Virus record (IMG/VR): IMGVR_UViG_3300008117_000011
Span: 159,672-223,671 of that record
DNA length: 64,000 bases
Direction: 5' to 3' (one strand)
Shown: positions 50,019 through 58,762 of the stretch, in pieces
How positions within the stretch are numbered: position 1 is the first letter of the stretch
Layout of the letters: each line of letters opens with the position of its first letter
The notes under the pieces: generated by a model
Databases searched by the model: none
Seen by the model: only the letters and a program-made list of their open reading frames with translations
What the model was told of the DNA's origin: nothing
Position numbers and translations under genes: made by a program

Positions 50019-50597
50019 TTAAAAAGTCCCACCATTTAGTGTATCATTTTGTATAACTGAACTATTGGCTGTTATAATTCTTGAATTTCCTAAACTATCA
50101 AGACCTAAATCAACTTGTGGTGTATTAACTTTTGTGGTTGATGTCCATATACTAGAGGTTCCATTTACCGTGTTAATATCTCTAAAACGCTTAAGTGGTT
50201 TACCCAAATCAATTGTATTATCTGTTACTGGTGTTACATTATTATGAATTGTAATTCCTGTGTTACAACTATGAATATTTTCTACATATAATTCTGTAAT
50301 ACAGTTGCCACTACCACCAGAAAATTGTGATCCAGTATTAAATAAAGACCAGTCAGTTATTGTACCATTCCAAGGTGAAGGATTTAATTTATAGTATTGA
50401 GTTCCACCACTAACACCAACAACCATCCCAGCTCTTCTTCTTAAGTTAGGAATTGCGTTTAGTTCAGTTAAATTATTGACGTTTCTAAATCCGTCAATAC
50501 CATACAAGGGGTCAATTACCGGATATGTATCAAGCGGATCTGTAGGTGAGATAAACCCTACAATTTCAACTCCTCCGGAAAGACTAAAACTCATCAT
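50019..50597 (-). CDS. Fibre-related virion protein
   Basis: LNAIPNLRRRAGMVV; PVTDNTIDLG..KRF; ends LNGGTF. Confidence 0.55.
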   Translation of the reverse strand: MMSFSLSGGVEIVGFISPTDPLDTYPVIDPLYGIDGFRNVNNLTELNAIPNLRRRAGMVVGVSGGTQYYKLNPSPWNGTITDWSLFNTGSQFSGGSGNCITELYVENIHSCNTGITIHNNVTPVTDNTIDLGKPLKRFRDINTVNGTSSIWTSTTKVNTPQVDLGLDSLGNSRIITANSSVIQNDTLNGGTF

Positions 50598-50618
50598 AAT
50601 TTATTTTTCTTTTTTAAA

Positions 50619-51470
50619 TTAACTACACATCCAACTATAAATATTTCCGTTAAAGTTGAAGTATGTTCTGTATATGTTATATGTTACTGGGAATCCACCT
50701 CCATCAACAATTGTAATTTGTCCATTGAGTATTGTTGGAATCACAAATCCATTACATCCTGACAAACTATCTCTAAATTTAGAAGGTTGTGCAAGACTTG
50801 TAGGTATTAAAATATATCCATAACCAAGACCGACATTAAATTCAACATAGGTCTCCACGACAGGATTTCTAGCATCAAATGTAAGTGATGGTACATCTAC
50901 TAGTGTAATATTTGTTTTATTAACCTTACCATAATAAATACCGAGCTCAGCTGGTGTTGGGCTCTTTGTAGGTGTTGGTGTTGGTGTATTTGTAGGTGTA
51001 ACCGTTGGTGTAACACTTATTGTAGGTGTTGGTGTTGGTGTAAACGCAGATGGTAATGGCGTAATACAAATATCCCAAGTCGCCGTAGGAGTTGGTGTTG
51101 GTGTCGCAGTCGGTGTTGACGTAGGTGTTTTTGTAGGTGTCGGTGTAACACTTGACGTAGGTGTAGGTGTCGGTGTAACACTTGACGTAGGTGTAGGTGT
51201 CGGTGTAGGTGTTCTTGTTGGTGTTGGTGTAGGTGTAGGAGTTGGTGTAGGCCTAGGTACATTTAAAATATACGGACAATCATCATCTAATACCAATATT
51301 GTATACGTCCCATAAATTTCTTGAGGTGGAATTAAAAGTCCCGGTTCAAATGTTAATGGTAATACGACAATACCCAGATTTATAACATCAAGTGAGTTAT
51401 CTGGTTTAAAAAGAACTTGAGCTTCTTCCCCATCATTATAAACGCTATTTATTGTAATTGTTTGACTCAT
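50619..51470 (-). CDS. Virion protein with a long mucin-like (Pro-Thr)n linker
   Basis: About 100 residues of PT/TS repeat between two small globular domains. Confidence 0.6.
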   Translation of the reverse strand: MSQTITINSVYNDGEEAQVLFKPDNSLDVINLGIVVLPLTFEPGLLIPPQEIYGTYTILVLDDDCPYILNVPRPTPTPTPTPTPTRTPTPTPTPTSSVTPTPTPTSSVTPTPTKTPTSTPTATPTPTPTATWDICITPLPSAFTPTPTPTISVTPTVTPTNTPTPTPTKSPTPAELGIYYGKVNKTNITLVDVPSLTFDARNPVVETYVEFNVGLGYGYILIPTSLAQPSKFRDSLSGCNGFVIPTILNGQITIVDGGGFPVTYNIYRTYFNFNGNIYSWMCS

Positions 51471-51472
51471 CC

Positions 51473-53502
51473 TTATGGATTTGTTGTTGTAGTTGTTGTT
51501 ATATTATGTGTTGTTGTAGTTGTTGTATTATCATTTATTGTGTAAGTAAAATCATTTGGCTCACAGAAAGTTGTTGAGCAATCTGGACAGAATGGGTTAA
51601 ACATTTTAAATTTATCTTTAAGAACTTCAAAGTTGTGTCTAATCTCACTTGAATCAAGTGGTTCAACGTACATTCTAAATTGTGATATACCACCCTCAAA
51701 TGTTCCAGCAAATTCCTGTTCAAGAAGGATATCTGTTTTAAGACCAGAAAGTGATGACATATCAAGAACTGACGTTGGGAAAAGTTCAGGATCTTGGATA
51801 TAAGGGCCCGTAAGACCACTACAAGATTGTGGGATAAGATTTTCGTGAAGTCCTTGAGTTCCACCACCCCAAGAAACATTAAAAGGAACCCCAACTTGTT
51901 TTTCCTTATCAGTACTTAAAGCTCTTGGTATTATCTCTTCAAAATCTTTTATTGTGTAAATTAACTTACCATTAACATAAATGAGTAAAGTCCCATTTCT
52001 AAATTTCTTATCATCAAGCCATTTATCATTTAACTGAACAATATCAATTTTTTCTGGTTGTTTTTTATTTGTGTATGGTGGCTTAATAAGGGCTATTGTG
52101 TTATTTGCAAGTGACTCAAGATATACACTTTCTGTTATATCACCAAGTCCACCATCATACCACAAATGACAGTTATTAAGATTTGTATCTCTTTTCCACA
52201 CAACATCAAGTAAGAACCAATGTTCAAAATCTAGATAAGCCGGATTTTCTTTTTCACAGGTTGGGTAAATTGGAGGTGTACACCATTCTTGTATTGTATA
52301 CCCAGTCATATATGTATTTCCAGTAACACAAGTTCCAGTTGTCTCACAACCACCAGTGAATTTCAATACTTTTATTCCGATTCCCGGATTTTTTGGGTCA
52401 CCACATAATTTAAATGAGATGTTATTTGACATTACATCAAATAATGGATCTGACTCACAAGTATTTTCAATTGAGGTGAATCCAGTTGATGGGCAATCAA
52501 CACAATCAAGACAACCCTCACAAGTTGTACAAGTTGGTGTACAAGTTGTGGTTGGGGTATTACAAGTATCTACTGGAGTTGGTTCTGGTGTTGGTGTCGG
52601 TGTTGGTGTTATAATAGTCTCACAATTATGTGTTCTACACTCCCACCCACAAGTCTGACATCCATAATCGTTACACCCACAACCACAACTTATTGATTTT
52701 GTAAGATCTCCTTGACATGCATTGCACCCATAATTTAAATGTGGGTCGTGAATTCCATCAGCAGATCTTGGTGGATAAAGATATATACATCTACTATTTG
52801 TAATAGTTTGGTTACAGCAAGCACAAGTTTGTAAACAATTCGCAAGTGGTGTTGTAACTCTTGTGTATCCACTAAAACAATTTGGTGTACCATCTGCGTA
52901 GTGGTAAAATTTATTTTCAGCTCTAGCGCCTAAATAAAAAAATGTATTTTTGTTTTTTGGGTATAACTGATTTAATGTCGTTTCATTTGGTAATGGATTG
53001 TATTCATTTGTCAATCTTGGTTTCAAGACCATTTCAACAGCCCATCCTTTATTTACCCTTTCTGGAAAAATATCATAGTCGTACCCAAACTATCAAATTT
53101 TACAGAGTCGTTGAAAATTCCTTGGGTAAAATTAATTGTTTGATTGTCCATATTATCAACAAGCCCATTATCAATACCGGTAAATCCAATATCACAACTG
53201 CTTGATTCTGAAAAACAAGAAAGGTCTTTATCATCTGGGTTATAGTAATTTTGAGATACTATAACATTATTTGGATTAAATTGTTTGTAATTTAAATTTA
53301 TTTGTTGGCTTGTCTCCGAGTCATCTAAATCAAAATAAAACGGGACTTTATTTCCATATGTTTGTGCAATTATATATGGTGAAAACACAACCTCCTCATT
53401 ATAATCCCTCTCATCTGATGCCAATGACATATCCATACCGTCATAAATTAGGTTCAGATTAAATTTTTTATAACTATACTGGTTAATATTTTGGTATGCC
53501 AT
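51473..53502 (-). CDS. Cys-rich virion protein with a LamG/ConA-like C-terminus; reading frame broken near 53090
   Basis: The frame of 51473..53032 extends upstream as FGYDYDIFPERVNKGWAVEMVLKPR and overlaps the end of 53053..53502; LLIYVNG..FEGGISQFRMY..LDSSEIRHNF is LamG-like. Confidence 0.6.
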
Positions 53503-53554
53503 ACTTATTTCTTAATAAATACAACTAATCAAAGTATTTATAATAAAATTAAAT

Positions 53555-54421
53555 ATGATAGAGTTTGAAAAACCATACTTTAGAAAGCCTTATTATTTCC
53601 GATTAGAAGATGGGAAAGATAAAATTTCTTTATATTATTCAGTTTCTGAAACAATATCTGAAGCAAAGGGTAAAGACAACAAAATTGATTTTGATAAAAC
53701 TAGTGAATCTGAACTAAAAAAATTAATAAAAAAAATTTTAGATTCAGGTAAAAAATTAAATCCAAAAGATGTTTATAATAGTCTTTTTAAATTAAAAAAT
53801 AAATCAAAGAATAACAAAACAAAAAAAGAAGGTGGTGAGATTGAGGAGCTTGTTGATGATGATGGTACATTTTCCACCTCAAATATCCCAATTCTTGATA
53901 TGGGTCAACATACTAGTTGGACACAAGATATGAGAGCAGCCCTTATTCGTCAAGCCGGATCTACATTCCCATTCAAGGCAAGAATTTATTATGGAGAATC
54001 CGAAGAAGAACAAGAAATTATTGACGAAGAGGATTTCTCTGACGCTTATGGTTATGAGGAAATTGAAGGTGAGGATGTTAAAACATTTAAAGGCTGTATA
54101 AGTGTCTTTAAAGATTTGGAAATTGAAGATCCTTTTGAGAGATATGAAAGATGTATGAGTTTTGGTTTTGACCCAGAACTTGACAAGAATCACCAACAAA
54201 GAATTGTTGAGTTAAAAAAAGAAAAAATGAAAAATATTCTTGATGAACTTTTGCTTAACAAAAAATCAGATGAAAAAGAAATATCAAAAAAGAATATTGA
54301 TGACGATACTGATGAAGAATCTGTAATATATAAATTACTTTTAAGAAATATAGAATCAATTAAAAAAATTGCAGAAAAAGAAAATATTGATATTTCTAAA
54401 CTAATTAAAAAATTAAAGTAG
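53555..54421 (+). CDS. Hypothetical acidic, Lys/Glu-rich protein, possible head/core protein
   Basis: 288 aa ORF preceded by TATTTATA; several L/I-x-E sites. Confidence 0.5.
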   Translation: MIEFEKPYFRKPYYFRLEDGKDKISLYYSVSETISEAKGKDNKIDFDKTSESELKKLIKKILDSGKKLNPKDVYNSLFKLKNKSKNNKTKKEGGEIEELVDDDGTFSTSNIPILDMGQHTSWTQDMRAALIRQAGSTFPFKARIYYGESEEEQEIIDEEDFSDAYGYEEIEGEDVKTFKGCISVFKDLEIEDPFERYERCMSFGFDPELDKNHQQRIVELKKEKMKNILDELLLNKKSDEKEISKKNIDDDTDEESVIYKLLLRNIESIKKIAEKENIDISKLIKKLK

Positions 54422-54422
54422 T

Positions 54423-54893
54423 TTGAATAAGGATTTATATAATAGACCAATAACCTTACCCAAAGAACTTACAGAATATCTTGGGACTTGTTTTGATCAT
54501 GCGCAAAATGCGGACGCAAACACAGAAGGGTTTAATAGAAACCAGGAACTAAGGGATAGTGGGTACGTCACATACCAGCAACTTGGTAGAATTAAAAACT
54601 GGTTTGATAATTATGGTGGTGACGGAAAAGACGCGCCATATATATTAAATGGTGGTGATTATATGAAAAGTTGGGTTGATAGAACTTTAGAACATTTAAG
54701 AACTGATGACTCAGTTACAAAACAAATAAGAAAAGATAATATGCCAGCGATGGTAGATAAAAAATTAGTAGATGATATGGGATGGCTTGCCGATATGAAT
54801 AGACCATCAAAAGAACATAGTAATTTTGTAGATGATATAAAAATTACAGAAAACCTAAAAAGGATAAACGATATAATGAAAAAACTACTCTAA
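54423..54893 (+). CDS. Hypothetical phage protein
   Basis: 156 aa; GFNRNQEL..LGRIKNWF..LNGG..W; C-terminal ITENLKRINDIM. Confidence 0.5.
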   Translation: MNKDLYNRPITLPKELTEYLGTCFDHAQNADANTEGFNRNQELRDSGYVTYQQLGRIKNWFDNYGGDGKDAPYILNGGDYMKSWVDRTLEHLRTDDSVTKQIRKDNMPAMVDKKLVDDMGWLADMNRPSKEHSNFVDDIKITENLKRINDIMKKLL

Positions 54894-55180
54894 TGGCAAC
54901 AACAGAAAGATTAGATTTTAGTCAACCAATGAATGATCTTGGTGTTATAGGTGAAGAACAAAGAAAAAGGTTAATACCAAAAAATGACTACAAACCAGTA
55001 AATCAATATTCATCAACAAACAAAGATGCAATATCCGATGGTGATGAGTTTGGTAAAGGTACCGGTACTTTTCTTGATACCGCAAATGGTGGGTCATCAA
55101 CAGACGTGTTTGAGAGAATTAACGAAATTAAAGTTAACGAGTATCAACCAGAAAAACCATACACCACTCCTAGTGCTTAA
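54893..55180 (+). CDS. Hypothetical protein
   Basis: 95 aa, coupled by TAATG on both sides; DGDEFGKGT. Confidence 0.5.
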   Translation: MATTERLDFSQPMNDLGVIGEEQRKRLIPKNDYKPVNQYSSTNKDAISDGDEFGKGTGTFLDTANGGSSTDVFERINEIKVNEYQPEKPYTTPSA

Positions 55181-55560
55181 TGAAACTTTACAATACATAT
55201 AAAAATCTTATTGTTGAGGTAGCATCAATTGATAATATCATTAACTCAATTAAAAATAAAAAAAGAGTTATTGTATATTATGATGGTGACGAACCGGGAG
55301 GTAAAGGGTTAAGGATTGTTGAGCCTGTTTGTTATGGGTATAGTAAAGCTGGTAATCCAGTTTTAAGAGCTTGGGACATTGAGGGTGCTTCACATAGAGC
55401 TTATTTAGGTGAAAAACCACTACCCAGTTGGAGGCTTTTTAGGATTGATAAAATTATAACTTATAAAGAAACAACTGAAAACTTCAATGAGATGAGACCA
55501 GACTACAATCCAAATGGTGACAAAAGTATGACAAGAGTTATTATAAACGCAACATTTTAA
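55180..55560 (+). CDS. Stand-alone WYL-domain protein
   Basis: IVYY..RIVEPV..LRAW..WRLFRIDKI. Confidence 0.75.
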   Translation: MKLYNTYKNLIVEVASIDNIINSIKNKKRVIVYYDGDEPGGKGLRIVEPVCYGYSKAGNPVLRAWDIEGASHRAYLGEKPLPSWRLFRIDKIITYKETTENFNEMRPDYNPNGDKSMTRVIINATF

Positions 55561-55565
55561 AAAAT

Positions 55566-56162
55566 ATGAATTCTGAAGATCAATTATTGCAAAAATTAGT
55601 TATTGCAAAAAAAATAATGGAAAAACATAATGACATTAATAGAGGGACAGTACAAGAAAGTCCAACTATTAATACACCATCATTACAAGAGTTCCAACCA
55701 GCAAATGGCAACTACAATATCCCTAGTGAATTTTTGGGTGAAGAAGTTAAAATGACACAACAACACACCGAAATCCCAACACAAGACAGAATTATGGGTT
55801 CAAGATTACCTGACGAAATTAAAAGGTTAATGATTGAACACCCAATTGACAAACCAAATAATATGGGTGGAGCAACACTTTCAAACGATTTGGTGGAGAA
55901 AGCGTCAAGACTTATGAATGTTAACGCAAAGGGTGATACTGTTAATGAAAATAAAAAACAAATAACAAGTCACGAAAGACCACAAGGATTATTATCTGCG
56001 GATACCATTAGAGATATTGTAAGAGAAACTGTTGAGGACGTTTTAAAAGAAAATGGTTTACTTGTTGAGTCAACTAGAAAAAGTAACGATATGTTTAAAT
56101 TTAGAGTTGGTAACCACATATTTGAGGGTAAGGTAACAAACGTCAAAAAGATTTCTAAATAA
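55566..56162 (+). CDS. Hypothetical protein
   Basis: 198 aa; SRLPDEIKRLMIEHPI; IRDIVRETVEDVLKE; FRVGNHIFEGKV. Confidence 0.5.
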   Translation: MNSEDQLLQKLVIAKKIMEKHNDINRGTVQESPTINTPSLQEFQPANGNYNIPSEFLGEEVKMTQQHTEIPTQDRIMGSRLPDEIKRLMIEHPIDKPNNMGGATLSNDLVEKASRLMNVNAKGDTVNENKKQITSHERPQGLLSADTIRDIVRETVEDVLKENGLLVESTRKSNDMFKFRVGNHIFEGKVTNVKKISK

Positions 56163-56184
56163 ATTTAATTTATACTTAATGTGT

Positions 56185-56220
56185 AACCCTTTTATCGTTT
56201 GATAAAGGGGTTTTTTATTT
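56185..56220 (+). terminator. Rho-independent terminator
   Basis: aacccttttatc-gttt-gataaaggggtt followed by ttttattt. Confidence 0.75.
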
Positions 56221-56230
56221 TAAAACAGAA

Positions 56231-56259
56231 TTGACTTGTTTCTCAATAAGGGTTATAAT
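56231..56259 (+). promoter_or_regulatory. Sigma70-type promoter of the second glycosyltransferase cluster
   Basis: TTGACT (56231-56236), 17 nt spacer, TATAAT (56254-56259), immediately after a terminator. Confidence 0.8.
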
Positions 56260-56282
56260 TTAATGGTAAATTGTATAAAATT

Positions 56283-57497
56283 ATGAGTAAAATTAGAGTA
56301 TTAGTCATCCCTTCAGATACATCGGGAGTCGGAAAATTCAGATCAGTTGATCCCCACGTTAAACTACAAAATATGTATCCGGATGAATTTCACGTTGATA
56401 TTAACTACCAACCAAATGTAAATGATATAAACTTTTGGAAAAATTATCAGATAGTTCACTTTCATAGAAACATTGGTCAAGACTATGATAGTTGTCCAAA
56501 ATTAATTAAAATGTTACAATCTATGGGTATTGTTGTAATTGGTGATGTTGATGATTACTGGTTACCAACAAAAGAGCACCCAATCCACCAACTAATTGTT
56601 CAAAACAAGTTACACGAAAAAATTGTAAATAATTTAAAAGTTTGTGATTATGTAATAACAACTACCGAAATTTTTGCAAATGAAATTAGAAAGTTTAATA
56701 AAAATGTAATTGTATTCCCAAATGGGGTTGACCCAGAGGACCCACAATTTAATGAACCAACACTTCCTTCAGAAAAAATTAGAGTTGGCTGGCTTGGTGG
56801 TTCATCTCACTTACACGACCTTAAACTTCTTGATGGTATGGTAAGTAAATTATCACCTATACAAGATAAATTACAATATTATGTTTGTGGTTTTGATATC
56901 CGTGGAAGTGTAACTGAAATTAATAAAACTACAGGTGAAAAAACCCAAAGACCAATTAGACCAGATGAAACTGTGTGGGTTAAGTATGAAGAAATTTTTA
57001 CAAACAATTACAAAATCATTACACCAAAATATAAAGAGTATCTTGATACATTTACAGAAAATGATTACTCTGGTGTTATGGATGAGAACTATGTTAGAGT
57101 TTGGACAAGACCTGTTACTAGTTACGCAAAGAATTACTCTAAGTTTGACATATCATTAGCACCAATTAAAAATCACGTATTTAACAGAATGAAATCACAA
57201 CTTAAGGTAATTGAAGCCGGTTTTTATAAAAAGGCATTAATTGCATCAAATGTTGGTCCGTATACTATTGATTTAAAACACGCGATGAAAAATGGTCAGT
57301 TTACTGATGGTAACGCTCTTCTTGTTGATGAAACTAGAAATCATAGTGATTGGGCTAAATCAATTAAGAAACTTGTTGAAAATCCTAATATGGTTGTAGA
57401 TCTTGGTGAAAGACTATATGAAACTGTTAAAGACAAATACAATTTACAAAATATAACTAAATTGCGAAAAGAATTTTACAAATCCCTAATTAAATAA
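56283..57497 (+). CDS. GT-B fold (GT4-like) glycosyltransferase
   Basis: GVGKFRSVDP, DVDD, RVGWLGGSSH..DL, DISLAP..FNRMKSQLKVIEAG, IASNVGPY; ATG at 56283. Confidence 0.8.
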   Translation: MSKIRVLVIPSDTSGVGKFRSVDPHVKLQNMYPDEFHVDINYQPNVNDINFWKNYQIVHFHRNIGQDYDSCPKLIKMLQSMGIVVIGDVDDYWLPTKEHPIHQLIVQNKLHEKIVNNLKVCDYVITTTEIFANEIRKFNKNVIVFPNGVDPEDPQFNEPTLPSEKIRVGWLGGSSHLHDLKLLDGMVSKLSPIQDKLQYYVCGFDIRGSVTEINKTTGEKTQRPIRPDETVWVKYEEIFTNNYKIITPKYKEYLDTFTENDYSGVMDENYVRVWTRPVTSYAKNYSKFDISLAPIKNHVFNRMKSQLKVIEAGFYKKALIASNVGPYTIDLKHAMKNGQFTDGNALLVDETRNHSDWAKSIKKLVENPNMVVDLGERLYETVKDKYNLQNITKLRKEFYKSLIK

Positions 57498-57500
57498 TTT

Positions 57501-58202
57501 ATGATTACCATTCCAATTACTAAAATTTTATTTCTTGACATTGAGACTGTTGGTGGCTGTCCAGACTATGAATCTTGTCAAAGATTTAACCCAGAAATAT
57601 CTGACCAATTTGAAAAATACTTTGATTGGTTTCAAAAAAGATTTCCGGAAGACTTAGGTCTCTCAAAAGATGAGGTATTTGTTAAAAGAGCTGCACTTGT
57701 TCCGGAGTTCGCTAAAATTGTTTGTGTATCAATGGCTTTTGTGTTAGACAATGGAGAAGTAAAAAAACAAACCTTTTCAAGTGAAGACGAAAAAGAATTA
57801 TTAACACAAGTAAGAGCCCTTCTTGATAGATGTCATAAACTTGATTTCTATCTTTGTGGTCATAATTTAAAAAACTTTGACATTCCAATGCTTGCAAAAA
57901 GGATGATTATCAATGGAATTATGCCATCAAAAATCCTTCCATCTTACGATACAAAACCCTGGGAAGTAAAAGCAATTGACACAAAAGAAATCTGGCAGTA
58001 TGGTGCTTATTCATCTGTTGGCTCACTTGACTTAATGTGTTCTTGTCTTGGTATACCAACACCAAAAGATGGTGAGGTTTCAGGTGCTAATGTTCACAAA
58101 TCATATTGGGAAGAAAGAAAAATAAAAGAAATATCTGAATATTGTGAAAAGGATGTTGAGGTATTAGTTGAAGCTATAAAAAAATTAAAGGATTTAAAAT
58201 GA
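57501..58202 (+). CDS. PolB-like 3'-5' exonuclease (RNase H fold)
   Basis: FLDIET, GHNLKNFDIP, YCEKDV. Confidence 0.85.
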   Translation: MITIPITKILFLDIETVGGCPDYESCQRFNPEISDQFEKYFDWFQKRFPEDLGLSKDEVFVKRAALVPEFAKIVCVSMAFVLDNGEVKKQTFSSEDEKELLTQVRALLDRCHKLDFYLCGHNLKNFDIPMLAKRMIINGIMPSKILPSYDTKPWEVKAIDTKEIWQYGAYSSVGSLDLMCSCLGIPTPKDGEVSGANVHKSYWEERKIKEISEYCEKDVEVLVEAIKKLKDLK

Positions 58203-58762
58203 TAAATGGAATAGAAGATTTGTTTGACGATTCAATCACAAACGCAGATTACGAAAAAATGGCTGAAGAATTTGGTTTTGATGTTAGAGAGTTAGCAAAA
58301 GAAATGGATGGATATCAACCAACAATGGGTATTAACTTTTCTTTGAGTAATCAAGATGCTGTTGAACCAAAATATGTTTATCCGACAGACTCTGGATTTG
58401 ATTTGTATTCAACAGAAGAACTATACGTAGGTCCACTTGAAAGGATTTTAGTTCCAACCGGTTTACACGTTGATATTCCAGATGGATATGAAATACAAGT
58501 AAGGTCAAAAAGTGGTTTAGCTTTAAAACAAGGACTTATGGTTTTAAACTCACCCGGTACCGTGGATCAAGGATATACTGGGGAAATCCAGGTTATTATT
58601 TTTAATACAGCAAAAAATGAAGTAACAATTAATAAAGGACAAAAAATTGCTCAAGCCGTAATTTGTCCGGTTGTTTCTGGTAAATGGGTTACATTTAAAA
58701 AGATTGACAACATAGAAGATAAAGATAGGTCTGATAAAGGATTTGGAAGTACTGGTATATGA
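58199..58762 (+). CDS. dut: Trimeric dUTPase
   Basis: SGFDL, RSKSGLA, PGTVDQGYTGEI, IAQ, RSDKGFGSTG. Confidence 0.95.
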   Translation: MINGIEDLFDDSITNADYEKMAEEFGFDVRELAKEMDGYQPTMGINFSLSNQDAVEPKYVYPTDSGFDLYSTEELYVGPLERILVPTGLHVDIPDGYEIQVRSKSGLALKQGLMVLNSPGTVDQGYTGEIQVIIFNTAKNEVTINKGQKIAQAVICPVVSGKWVTFKKIDNIEDKDRSDKGFGSTGI

